From: Leucoraja ocellata
Taxonomy: Eukaryota
Direction of reading: 5' to 3'
Assembly (NCBI GenBank): GCA_036785375.1
Contig: JAWMAR010000093.1
Location: forward strand, 744,001 to 808,000
DNA length: 64,000 nucleotides
The first letter of the stretch is position 1. Every line of letters starts with the position of its first letter. The notes below the pieces were generated by a model that searched no databases, was not told where the DNA came from, and worked only from the letters and a program-made list of their open reading frames with translations. The translations under genes were made by a program, and so were the position numbers. Positions 36,053 through 56,191 of this stretch are shown in pieces.

Positions 36053-38261
36053 TAGTAACATGCCCTTGGGACACATCATGGACATAATGAGCTGAATTAC
36101 CTCCATCAGTATACAGTATTTCCTCTTCAAGAATACTAGAACAAAGCAAGCTTCCCCTTGCCTTTATCCACATCCCAACCCACCAGTTACCATATTGAAT
36201 CAATCAACCTCCACCACTTTTAGGTAGACAAACATGCTGGAGAAACTCAGCGGGTGAGGCAGCATCTACGGAGCGAATAAATAGGTGACATTTCGAGCCG
36301 AGACCCTTCTTCAGACCGTCTCCATCACTTTTAGCATACTCAATAAGATTCCACAACGAAAGTGACCCTGGTCCAATCTTGCATCTCCATTACAATCTAA
36401 CTTTTTTCATACTTCTCTATGCATGAGCAGGAAATGCAACATCTATAATTTGGTTTTACTTGCAAAATCCCAGTATCCAGGGACAAACATCCCCTCCTCA
36501 AGAAGCAGTAATTCACTAATACACATTCCAACCTAGTGCACTATCTTCAAACACAATGTACTCTTTTCCACATTGCAGACAACCAGTTTTGCACAGCACC
36601 CATATTAGGTCTACACGTTTGGGGACAGGTCCATCCAAGACAGCAAGAAATCGGAGAATTGTGGATACAGCCCAGACCATCAATCAAACCAACTTCCCTT
36701 CCATGGACTCCATCCACACTTCACGCTGCCCCAGCAAGGACACTTCTTTTTTTCCTGTCCCATTAGGCAAGCACAGATGTGCGAAAACGCATACCTCACG
36801 ATTCACGTTTCTTCCCAGCTGCTATCAGGCAACTGAACCATCCTACCATCAATTTGAGTGTTCCTGACCTACCATCTACCTCATTGAAGACCCTCAACTA
36901 TCTTTAATTTAACTTAATCTTGCACTAAACTTCATTCCCTTTATCACGTATCTGTACTGTGGACACTTGATTGCAATCATGTAGTTTCCACTGGATGTAT
37001 AGCATGAAACAAAAAAAGCTTTTTGTTGCATCTCCGCTCACGTTACAATAAATAAGGCCTTTAATTCTCACTCTGCATGCATTCTAATCTCTCCAGCTTT
37101 GGCATCTTCCAGTACTACAGAAACCCAATCAAAAGAACAGTACTTCATCTACTAGCTGACTACCTGCGGGATGCAATTTGAATAATGTCATTTGAATAAT
37201 CACCCATTGAAGTTTGTTAGACCGGACTAGTTCTAATGAGACAACAGTGTCTCTCCTCATGGCATTTCCAACAATATGTTCCGCATTTGTTAAAAGCAAT
37301 TTTCCTCTCGTATAACAAGCCTCACCACCCTCTCAGATGGCACACATAAGGCATCTGGATTCTCTTGGGCTTCACCCTCAGACATCCCTTCTTGGCACTC
37401 AAAAGCAATTGCTTTCACCGGGTACTCCAAATCTTATTAAAACTCGCCATCCTAAAACATTTACTTCCCCTCCCCACCCTCAGATTCATTCGCTGTTTGC
37501 AGGTGGATGTGTCCGGATCAAGCTGTCAGTGGAGTGGACCGCTGCAGGACCTAACGCAGCCTGGGTATAAGATTGGACATGATCTGCAGCGGCCCAGCAA
37601 CCCTGCAGGACAATGACATCACCTGGCACGACCCACCCCTGCAACTCCAACCCAGTGCCGCCACCAAACAACAGGCTTTTAAAGCAAAGTTAAGACACTA
37701 ATATTTTTAACAACTCTGAAATCGAAAGGTACAAGATGGCACCAGAAACATGGCTGCTCGTTACTACCTCAGTGTAACCTATGATTGTTACTCTATTGTA
37801 CTCAAGTATGATTTTGCTCATGCGTCCTATGATTTTTATCAAACTGCAAAAAAATAATTTCACTGCACGTCAGTACATGTGACAATAAAGTAAAATTGAA
37901 CCATTGAGATGCTACTTGGCCTGTATCCAGTATCTATTGTTTACTTCTAGAATCAGTAGAATTTTTCATTTAATGGAATGGTTCTTCTGAAAGCAAACTT
38001 ATAAGAATTTAGATTAATTGAGAAACTTATTCCCTGAAATTTAAGATTGGTTCCACTGGTATCCGTGGATGGGTCATTTGTAAAGATAATTAAAATTGCA
38101 TCATGTGATCATTTTAAACTTCCACAATTGAACATTTAAAAACTCAAGTATTCTTATAACATTTCTGTTATAGAAAAGAAAAATCAGGTTTCAAACATGT
38201 GTTTTGTTTCCCTTTGTACCCCAATAACCTGTTATCAGTGCTCATGTATCTCTATAATTTG

Positions 38262-38477
38262 AAGGTAGACACAAAATGCTGGAGTAACTCAGCAGGACAG
38301 GCAGCATCTCTGGAGAGAAGTTATGGGTGACGTTTCAGGTCAAGACCCTTCTTCATAAGGTCTCAACCCAAAACGTCACCCATACCTTCTCTCCAGAGAT
38401 GCTGCCTGACCCGCTGAGTTACTCCAGCATTTTGTGTCTACCTTCGATTTAAACCAGCATCTGCAGTTCTTTCCTAC
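38262..38477. mobile_element. Fold-back Penelope pLTR mini-element
   Basis: ~85-bp inverted arms; 12-bp TSD CTCTATAATTTG (38250-38261, 38478-38489). Confidence 0.85.
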
Positions 38478-38883
38478 CTCTATAATTTGTTGTATGTCAC
38501 ATTTTCCATTCTTTTGTCTTTTCCTCCATTATGTTGCATTACTGCTCCTGTTTGAGCATTAATTCACCATTTAAAACTACATTTCATATCATATTCTGGC
38601 AGTTTACCCTGTTCATACAGCTCTCTGTGATTTGTATCAGTTCCATTGCCATCACTCAACTATACTTGAAAGCTAGCACTTCCACCCACTTTGGGAGAAC
38701 TCATATCTTAATGGCAAATTTCAAGGGCAACTCATTCCCATTAATCAATGGGACAATAATTAAAGAAACCAAATTTAAATGTTCACCTAAAGAGTTTAGA
38801 ATTACGTTTCTTCATGTAACAGACTGTTAAGGTTTGCAATGCCCCCCAGATAAAACCAAGAATGCAAATTCATTTTAAAAAGA

Positions 38884-39192
38884 GCGGCATGGTGGTGCAG
38901 TGGTAGAGTTGCTGCCTTCCAGCTCCAGAGACCCGGGTTATCTCGACTACAGGTGCTGTCCATACGGAGTTTGTACGTTCTCCCCATGACCGTGTGGGTT
39001 TTCTCTGGGTTCTTCGGTTTCCTCCCACACTCCAAAGACGTACAGGTTTGTAGGTTAATTGGCTTGGTGTCATTGTAAATTGTCCCTAGTGTGCGTTGGA
39101 TAGTGTACTGTATGTTACTATACGGGAATCGCTGGTTGGCGTGGACTTGGTGGGCCGAGAGCCTGTTTACACGCTGTTTCTCCAAATTAAAC
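38884..39192 (+). mobile_element. HE1-like V-SINE, near full length
   Basis: gcggcatggtggtgcagtggtagag head, V-core, CR1-like tail. Confidence 0.88.
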
Positions 39193-39363
39193 AAATATTT
39201 TGAAGAAAAATTTAAAGAGGTGGGAACAGAAAGACAACCCAGGGATTAGAGCAGCACTTTGTAAAAATCTACAACCAAATGACATATTAACCAATACAGT
39301 GAAACAGATCATCACTTTATAAGAATATTTTAAAGATATAAAATTCTATTTGACAATTAGATG

Positions 39364-39369
39364 TTTATT
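39364..39369 (-). terminator. RPS16 polyadenylation signal AATAAA
   Basis: tttatt on the + strand, 23 nt past the stop codon; a short 3'UTR is typical of ribosomal protein genes. Confidence 0.8.
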
Positions 39370-39392
39370 TGCCACAAATCAGAATAAAACAT

Positions 39393-46900
<7,508 letters not shown>

Positions 46901-47000
46901 GTTCCTAAAATGGAAACAAAAAGGGAAACAAAGTCAGAGGGGCCACAGAAGGCGGTGGAGAACCTCTAAGAGTCCCGCATCGGCAGAGCGCGACGTTCAC

Positions 47001-47026
47001 CTAGTGCAGCGGCGGCGGAAAGAGGG
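47001..47026 (-). promoter_or_regulatory. RPS16: RPS16 non-coding exon 1 with 5'TOP/TCT initiator (CCCTCTTTCC)
   Basis: The minus strand reads ccctctttccgccgccgctgcactag|GTGAAC; intron 46905-47000 ends in ttttgtttccattttAG, 4 nt before the ATG. Confidence 0.8.
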
Positions 47027-47157
47027 CGCGCGGGGTTTCCCACACGGCAAATCAGGGGCTGCTTTTACGACATCCATCCGGTCGACGCAACTCGCTTTAC
47101 GGCAGTTCCGGCTGGTCAGGTTTTCATTGGTAGTTGACATGTTGTTGTCATGTGTAT

Positions 47158-49077
47158 AGGGGGGGGGGGTTGCACGAAAGGTCACTGGGTCATAGGGCCA
47201 AAGGGCTCGACGCACGGAGCCGCTAAATCCAACTGGAGGACATCCGTCACTTCCGGTATATGTTATTAATGCAAGAAACGCGTACTTTCCTACCTGTTAA
47301 AAACCGCCAAAATGTTGATTTTTTGCGCTGTAAAAAATTGTGGATTACACAAAAAAGCTGGAGAAACTCAGCGGGTGCAGCAGCATCTATGGAGCGAAGG
47401 AAATAGGCAACGTTTCGGGGCGAAACCCTTCTTCAGACTGATCGGGGGCGGGGGTGGGCGGGGACAAGAAAGGAAAAAGGAGGAGGAGCCCGAAGGCTGG
47501 GGGATGGGAGGAGACAGCAGGGGGGCTGAGGAAGGGGAGGAGACAGCAAGGACTAACAAAATTGGGAGAATTCAATGTTCATGCCCGCAGGATGCAGACT
47601 CGCCAAACGGAATATGAGGTGCTGTTCCTCCAATTTCCGGTGCTGCTCGCTGTGGCCATGGAGGAGACCCAGGACAGAGAGGTCGGATACGGAGTGGGAG
47701 GGGGAGTTGAAGTGCTGAGCCACCGGGAGGTCAGCTTGGTTATTGCGGACCGAGCGGAGGTGTAGGGGATGGAGTCCTTACAGGAAGCAGGGTGGGAAGA
47801 AGTGTAGTCCAGATAGCCATGGGAGTCAGTGGGTTTATAGTGTATGTCGGTCAGAAGTCTATCACCTGCAATGGAGATAGTGAGGTTGGGCGATCGTTTC
47901 GCCGAACACCTCCGCTCGGTCCGCAATAACCAAGCTGACCTCCCGGTGGCTCAGCACTTCAACTCCCCCTCCCACTCCGTCTCCTCCATGTCCACAGCGA
48001 GCAGCACTGGAAATTGGAGGAACAGCACCTCATATTCCGTTTGGGGAGTCTGCATCCTGGGGGCATAAACATCGAATTCTCCCAATTTTGTTAGTCCTTG
48101 CTGTCTCCTCCCCTTCCTCAGTCCCCCTGCTGTCTCCTCCCATCCCCCAGCCTTCGGGTTCCTCCTTTTTCCTTTCTTGTCCCCGCCCACCCCCACTCCC
48201 GATCAGTCTGAAGAAGGGTTTCGGCCCGAAACGTTGCCTATTTCCTTCGCTCCATACATGCTGCTGCACCCGCTGAGTTTCTCCAGCTTTTTTGTGTAAC
48301 CTTCGATTCTCCAGCATCTGCAGTTCCTTCTTAAACAAAGAATTGTGGAAGTCGGGGTAAGTGTGAGAGACATGTACCCAACTTTAGAATTCCAAAAGTG
48401 AAGCGAAATGAAGGTAAAGAGAAGCGAGAACTGAAGGGACAACAGCAGCTAAAGTGCTTGGTAAACATTGGCTGTGCAGATATCGGAATTGAAAATATTG
48501 GGAATTATCGCGTTTGCTCACTGCATTTCATCAACAGTAAGGCATTATTTGTGGGGAGTTTTTATTCCTTTGGTATCTAAAAATTCTCAGAAGTGATGAA
48601 TCTGGCTGTAAATGTTTCTTAAGATGAGTTTTCATTTTGTATGTAAAAACCCACGAGAACCATGGGCGATTTAAAAAAAAAAATTACAGCCAGATTTATC
48701 ACTTCTGAGACTTTTTAGATGCCAAAGGAATCAAGAAAAAACACAAATACGGCCTTAGTTGATGAAATGCAGTGAGCAAACGGCCAATGTTAGCCAAGCA
48801 CTCTGGCTGTTGTTGTCCCTTCAGCTCTCGCTTCTATCTACCGTCATTTCTCCTCACTTTTGGAATTCTGAAGTAGGCTAAATGTCTCTCATGCTTATCC
48901 CGATTTCCATAATTATTTACAGCGCAAAAATTGACAATTTCAGCGGGTTTTAACGGGCCCGCTACGCTGGAAACAATGGTAAGTGCCTACTTGCAGTTCA
49001 TCGCGTGTACTCCAGTTGGAGTAGTGTAGCAACAGTACGGGTCATGGGTCGTGACCCGACTGCCGTGAAACCTCCCT
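47158..49077. mobile_element. Fold-back non-autonomous DNA transposon with THAP-domain remnants on both arms (ISL2EU/Harbinger-group-like)
   Basis: AT|AGGG..GGTTGCACG ... CGTGAAACCTCCCT|AT termini; long imperfect inverted arms; THAP C2CH peptide restored after removing the Penelope insertion. Confidence 0.75.
47345..48340. mobile_element. Penelope insertion with inverted pLTR arms
   Basis: TSD AATTGTGGA (47336-47344, 48341-48349); arms 47345-47763 and 47906-48299; RLGDRFAEHLRSV...PVAQHFN (GIY-YIG) and TDIHYKPTDSHGYLDYTSSHP (RT). Confidence 0.9.
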
Positions 49078-50347
49078 ATTGAGCTACAGTGAAAATAGGG
49101 TTTGTGTGTTGTCCAGGCAAATCATACAGGCATGAGTACAATCAAACCGTACATGTAAACAGAAAGGAAACCGAGCTCAGACCATAGATAGACACAAAAA
49201 GCTGTGGGTCAGGCAGCATCTCCCTGGAGAAAAGGAATAGGCGAGACCCTTCAGACTGAGAGGAGAAAGGGAAATGAGAGATACAGTCGATGATGCAGAG
49301 AGATAGAACAAATGAATGAAAGATATGCAATAAAGTAACAGTGAGAAAGGAAACTGGCCACTGTTAGCTGTTTACTGGGTGAGAATGATTACAGATGATG
49401 AGATTCAACAAGACGACTTTGAAGCTGGTCAACCATAGAGTTACAGTAAAAGTGCATATTAAAAAAGTGCAAGGGCTGAAAACAAAGTAGATTTGAGGAT
49501 AGAGAATTCCATCTTCATCGTACGAGAGTTTTGTTCAGGACACTGATAACTGCAGGGAGGATATGCCCTCCACCTGTTATATATTTAAACTAATATACAG
49601 AACAATTGAGGGGAGATGAGAGGATAAAAATCACCCAGTGTCGGGGGTCCAGAGTTAATTGTCAGGAAGTATGTTAAAGGCAGTAACACTCAAAACACAT
49701 TGCAAACAAGTCGACCATTCAGTTCTGTAACTGCCAGTTCCAGGTGCAGCAGTGGACCAGTTTTAGTCCCTCGCATCTGTCTCTTAGCATATAATGGATA
49801 CTCTCTCCAATGTTCATCAACTCTCCTTTAATTATTTTGCCAATCCCACACATTTTTGCGGTAATCAACCAACCTACCAGCATATTTTTGAGATGGGAGA
49901 ATGCCGAACACTCAGAAGAAGAATGATGTAAAGTCCAGAGTTCCAGTTGCATCTCACATCTCAAACATTTGGAGGTTGGCTGGCTAATTGGCCACTCTAA
50001 ATTGTCCCCAAATGTACAAATGAGTGGTGACATCTGTTGGGAAAGGGAGGAGGACTAATGGGCTTAGTGGAGGAAATAGGTGCTTGATGGTCAGCAGAAC
50101 TCTGTGATTCTATTGACTTTGTAATAGTACATTTAAAAAAATGCAACCATTATGGTGATTTCAAGCATTAAATAGATTAGATAAATCGCATTAGCAACAG
50201 TAGCATTGTGGCATGAGTTTGTAGAGTGTATGCAGGGTGATTTCATTGAATAATCAGGTTAATGTGATTTTAGATCTGGTATTTTGTATTGAAACACAGA
50301 TTAATTGGGGATATAATGGGGAAAATCCCTTGAGAGAAAGATCACAT

Positions 50348-52421
50348 TGTGGCGCCTCCCAAGGGTCAGGCCATTCCCACTATCAAACCCCTCGGCACAG
50401 GAATGGTTGAGTCCAGAGGCGGCCCTTAGGTAGGGGGATATAAGGCAAGGGTTGGGGTGCCATCTTCCTCTTGCAGACTCCTCTGATGACAAGGACACTA
50501 TTAAAAATACCTCCCGAAGCACCTGGCTCCTCGCCTTCATTTCGGGACGATCACCCCACATTGGTGACTCCTGACGATCCATTGTCGTCATGATGGAGAC
50601 AACCGCCCGTCCTTCCACCTCAAAGGCCGACCCGGCCCTGTCTTGACGTGGTCTCTGTGAAGTTACCCACCTTCTGGGCCGCACGTCTGATTTCAGCAGG
50701 TGGAGGCCCAATTCCAGCTGCGGGGCGTTACAGCAGGTGACACCCGCTGCTACCTGGTGGGGGCCCTCGACCAGGACACGGCCGGAGAGGTTACACAGTT
50801 CCTCGCAGCCGCCCCGGCCACCGAGAAATACATCGGCCTTAAGGAGCTTCTGCTCCAGGTTTATGGGTTCAGCTGGATGGAGCGGGCTGCCGGGCTCCTT
50901 CATATGGAGGGCCTAGGCGACCGGCGGCCATCAAGCCTCCTGAACAAGATGGTTGCGTTCCTGGATGGGCACACGACGTGTTTGATGTTTGAGTACACCT
51001 ACCTGCATCTGCGGCCGGCCTACATCCATCTGCAGCTCATGGACGCCTCCTTCGCCGACATCCGGGCCCTCAGCAGGCGCGCTGACGCGCTGTGGACGGC
51101 GCGCCCTGATGACGTCACTCCGGCAGCTCCGGATTTCCTCCGGTGGGGCGGGGGAAGCTGTGGAAGGAGTGACAGCGGCATCCTGGAGGCCGGTACAATC
51201 ACCCCCCCCCGCAGGCATGGCGAGTACTGCACCTGCAGTCCAGCACCAGCAAGCTCCAAGCGCCACCAGCAGGAGGCGCTGGTGCTATTACTACCAGCGC
51301 TGGGGTGATGCAGCACGTCAATGCCATCAGCCGTGCACGTTCCCGGGAAATGCTGGGGCCGGCTGTCAACAGTCCCTGCGGCGGCTGGCCAGATTCACTG
51401 CCTCTTCGCCTGGGATTGGCGCTCCGGGAGCTGCTTCCTCATCGATACCGGGGCAGAGCTGAGCATCCTGCCCCCTTCGCTGGCAGACATTCGTTCCGGT
51501 AAACGGGGGCCCGTCCTCACCGTGGCGAATGGCAGCCCCATCCGCACGTATTGGGTTCGCATGGTCCCGATCGTGTTCGGCTCCTGCCATTTCTCGTGAC
51601 AGTTCACTACCGCTGATGTCTTCCAGCCGTTGCTCGGTGCCAACTTCCTCCGGGCGCATTCCCTCCTGGTGGAGCCGATCACGCTGCGATTGGATGAGCC
51701 AGTGGGACGCCCCCTGTCGTCCGTGGATTCCTGCTTTGCTTGGGTCTTGGCCGTGTTCCCGGACATCCTTACCCCACAGTTTTGGTCATCGACCCCCAGT
51801 CACGGGGTCGTTCATTTCATACAGACTACCGGACCACCTCTCCACGCACGAGCACGCCGACTGCCGTTGGATAAGCTATGTTTGGCACGGCAGGAGTTCC
51901 GCACGATGGAGTCCTTGCGGATCGTCCGCCTTTCAAACAGCCCATGGGCGTCCCCACTCCACATGGTCCCTAAGGCAAGCGGGGTCTGGCAACCTTGCAG
52001 AGATTAGCGGCCACCCGGTTCTCTTTCCCCTGTAGCGGATGGAGGGGGTGTATTCTGATATGTACGCCAACGTCCGCTGCTGTCGTGCGGACCAGGGGTC
52101 GGAAACCTTCGCCAGGGCGAATGGGAGCGGCTTGTGGTCTGTGTAGGCGGTGAACGGGCGGCCCTCCAGGAAGTAACGGAAGTGGCGCACTGCCAGGTAC
52201 AGAGCCAGGAGCTCGCGATCAAAAGCGCTGTACTTTGTCTGGGCGCGGTTGAGGTGCTGGCTGAAGAAGGCCAGGGGCCGCCAACCCCCGTCCGTCAGTT
52301 GTTCCAGCATGGCACCAACCGCCGACTCCGAGGTGTCCACCATAAGGGCAGTCGGGGCATCTTCCCGCGGGTGCACCAGCAGTTCGGCCCCAGCAAGGGC
52401 CTCCTTCGTTGCATTGTGGAA
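50348..52421 (+). mobile_element. Gypsy LTR retrotransposon remnant: 5' LTR, PBS, gag, protease, RT start, inverted RNase H piece
   Basis: LTR TGTGG...CCACA (50348-50560); PBS TGGTGACTCCTGACG (tRNA-Trp-like); gag Zn-knuckle-like WCYYYQRWGDAARQCHQPC; protease FLIDTGAELS; SPWASPLHMVPK; minus-strand YSAFDRELLA...TDHKPL. Confidence 0.92.
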
Positions 52422-52469
52422 TTTGGAAGGTGAGAAGCCTGGATCTGAGACCAGAGTCCCAAGCTTAAG

Positions 52470-53905
52470 CAAGTGTCAAGAGTATTTATTTGTCATATGT
52501 ACCGGCAACCGAACAATTAAATCCCTACCTGCTGCAGCTTTACAGAGCCATTAATGCAATGACACAAAAATAAAGGTACAATACTCAGAAATACAATAAA
52601 TTAATAATAATACTTGATAGCCAGACTATAAATGCAAAACTGAAGTATGTAGTGCAACAAAAACAAAAAGGCCACAATAATGGGTGCTGGGGAAAAGCTG
52701 TTCCTGGACCTGGAGGTCATGGTTCTCAGGCTCCTGCACCTTCTTCCTGATGGTAGTAGAAGGATGTGAATGTGGTCATCAATGTGTTGGGCCCAGGACA
52801 AATCTTCAGAGAGTCGGAGGGAATCTTCAGATGCACGTGATGAGCCAGGGCTAAGCCCACCAGCAGTCCCGGGCTCGCACGCCGCGGACCGAGGACAGGG
52901 GACCCGCACACTAGGCCCGCTTGCCCATGGTGGACTCTGAACTCAGCCCCGATCCACCACCATTGACAGGCGGGCCATGCAAGCAACCGCCAAGAACGAG
53001 GAGGGCTGCCGGGAGCAACCATTGAGTGTGGAGTGGCTCACCAAGAGCGAGGTGGACCGCTGAGAACTAGCTGGTGAGGGGCAAGTAGAACCAAGTGGGA
53101 CCCGATGGGGTTTGTCAGGAATGAAGGGGCGACCCAGACTCCCTCCTAAAGTCTGAGCCATAATTTTCCATTATTGGTCCAAGACTGGCAGCATCATCAG
53201 TGAAATCAAAGTCAGCATGGGAACTGTGTCTGGCTATACAGTCATGGGTATAGAGTGAGTAGAGCAGGGGGCTGAGCACACAGCCCTGAGGTGCTTCTGT
53301 GCTGTGTGTGTCAGGAGGAAGTGTTGTTGACGAGCTTGATGATCTAGTTGCATAGGGATGAGCAGTGACACAGTTCCTTGATTATGATAATAATTCTAGA
53401 GGGGATCGTTCGCTCGTGTGTAGCTCGCTGTTGGCTTCTGTCATCGTCCGACAGGTGGCCCAACGCATCACAGAGTGCATCGTGTCGTCCTTTCCAGGGA
53501 TCGCCATGAGGAGGCTTCTGTCATGATCTCCCTGGAGGGGATGATGGTGTTGAACACCAAGCAGTAGTCGATGAACAACAGCCTGACAAACATGTTCTTA
53601 TTGTCTAAATGGTCCAGAATGGAGAGCCAACAAGATCGCATTTGTCTGTCACTCTATTCTGGCAGTGGGCAATTTGTTGTGGATCCAGGTCCTAGTCAAG
53701 GTAGAAGTTGATATGCGCCATAACCAACCTCTCAAAGCACTTTATCACTGTGGATGTTAATGCCACCAGTTGGTCACCATTAAGGCATGTCATCTTAGTC
53801 TCCTTGGACACTGGTATTATTGATGTCCTTATAAAGCAGTTGGAAACATTGGGCCTTAATAATGAGAAGTTGAAGATGTTTACAAAAACTGCAAGCAATT
53901 GGTCC
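52470..53905 (-). mobile_element. Degenerate Rex1/Babar LINE fragments
   Basis: VALTSTVIKCFERLVMAHI; LLPSGRRCRSLRT...RNSFSP. Confidence 0.75.
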
Positions 53906-54069
53906 AATCTGATTGTATGCGTATTATCTGTTTACCACTTGTGTTGCCACTTTCAGGGAGTTGGATGAAGTTGACTGAGAGAATAGATTGAAGGTTAAGA
54001 AAGTAGATAGGGCAGTGGGGAACACTTAAGGAGATACTTCTTAAAACACAGATATGGTATAGAAGTGTG

Positions 54070-54635
54070 AAGTAAATTGTCTACAAGAAGTCATGTTGCA
54101 GGTGTAATAAACTTTGGTTAGGTCATGCAGTATTTGGAATGTGATTAGGTCACATCTGGTATTACAGGATGTTGAGGCTATGGAGAGGGTCGAGAAGAGG
54201 TTCACGTTACCCGATTAGAGACGAGTAGCTTTGGGAAGAGGTTGGACAAACTTGGTTGTTTTCTCTGGAACATCAGAGGCTGTGGGGCGAACTGATGGAG
54301 GTTTCGAAAATTATGAAACGTGCAAGAAGGGTGGATAGTCAATAGTCTCTTTCGCAGGTTGCAAACGTCAAATATCAAGGCACGGTGTGAAGGTGAAAGG
54401 GGATTAGCTTAAAGAACATTTACGCTCACAGTGGTAGGTGCCTGAGCGATGCTGTTAGGGGAGGCAGTGAAAGCAGAGATGATAGCAACATTTAAGCAGC
54501 ATTTAGAATTAACATGAAGGGGCAGTGCATGGAGAGATATAGATCATGTGCAGGCAGATAAGATTAGTTTAATTTGGTATCAAGATTGGCACAGACATGT
54601 TAGACTGAAGGCCCTGTTCCTGTGCAGTAATGTAA
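54070..54635 (+). mobile_element. Degenerate CR1 3' fragment
   Basis: Traces of the LDKLGxFSLE motif and the CR1 tail. Confidence 0.65.
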
Positions 54636-54994
54636 CATGGTCCTTATTATTTGGATTTGCATATTGCTGACAAAGCAGGAATTTATTGTCCATTCCTCAT
54701 TGTCCTTAAGAAGGGGGAAAAGTGGGTGGAAAACCACCTTCAATTGCTGTGGGGGGTGGGGGGGGGACACAATTTCTCCATTCCTATATTAAGGAAAATG
54801 CAATGGTTAAAGGAGAAAACAAAAATCACTTAATCTCAGAGACACAAGGATAATTGGGACAAAACAGTTATGACTGGTTTGGAGCAGATATCAAAGGTAA
54901 AGACAGCAAAGGAGAAATGAAATGCAAGGTGCAGTCACCTGGTTTAATTAACATGTGCTGGTTTCCCAGATTTACTCCTTTCACACAGGATGTC

Positions 54995-55275
54995 AGTTTA
55001 CTTTAAGGATACAATGTGGAGACAGGCCCTGTGGCCCACTGATTCCCCACTGACCAATGATCACCTGTACACTGGTTCTATCCTACACACTATGGACAAT
55101 TTACGGAGGCCAATTAACCTACAAGTCTTTGGAAGGTGGGAGGAAACCAGAGCACCCGGGAAAAACCTATGGGGTCACAAGGAGATTATACAAACTCCAT
55201 TCATACAGCACCCATAGTCAAGATCGAACCTCGCTCTCAGGCACTGCAAGACAGCAACTCTTCCACTGCATCGTT
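54995..55275 (-). mobile_element. Diverged V-SINE
   Basis: ggccaattaacctacaagtctttggaaggtgggaggaaacc core. Confidence 0.7.
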
Positions 55276-56191
55276 GCTATCAATCAATCAATCAGATTTA
55301 TTCATGACATACATAATAAAGTGCAGTGAAATGCACTTGCTAAAAAGTTAAATTATCGGAAGTTGCACAAGGGCAGTTGGGACAGCATATTGAACAAGAC
55401 AAAACAACTGCAGGATTAATCCACGTGTATGTTTTAGGATATCTAATCTTACAGTTTGAAAAAACTATTTTAATTGCAGACATTTCTAAACTCAGGGGTG
55501 ATGTAGGTTGGATGGGCTCTATTTCTGCCAAGGCAGAGCTCTTCCTGCATGGGGAAATAATAGTGCCCAGCATATTGTAGCAGTTGAACATTTTAGATGG
55601 TTGCTGCTGTTTGCCATGTCATGGTTGTCATTATGTTTATCAGACACTCTCTAGGGCATAGGGTGTGTGTGTGTGTGTGTGGGGGGGGGGGGGGAGATAG
55701 GAATAATCAATAATCTTAATGTGTGTGAACTCAGCTATCAATTGTTTGATGTTCCTGATATTCAATTCTTCCCTCTTATTTTTTAATATCTCCCATTCCA
55801 GAATGTCTCCATCATCTAGTTGTTGTGATGGTACATCAGGAACCACTTATTTTGTGTTATCGTCCAGTGTCTCCACAGAGTGCCCGTCTGCATGGGAAAA
55901 GGACCAGCAAAATCCTAACTCGCCCTAGCTTGATTGGAGGACCAGCAGCATTGTTACTCACCCTGGCTAGATTGGAGAAGAACCGGCAGTATTGTTACGT
56001 GCCCCAGCTAGATGGGACAAGGATCAGCAGAGCTTTGCCAATAGTCAAGAATTTACATCTCTCATTTGGTATTGTAATTAGATACATAGATAATAGGTGT
56101 CGGAGTCGACCGTTCAGCCCTTCAATGTGATGATGAAAACACCTCATGTTAAGCCCAACCAGTACATTTGCCTTCTCCAATCTCTCATCTA

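Noticed and set aside
50301-51766. Long antisense and alternative-frame ORFs over the Gypsy element
   Set aside because: Shadow ORFs of GC-rich gag/pro sequence.
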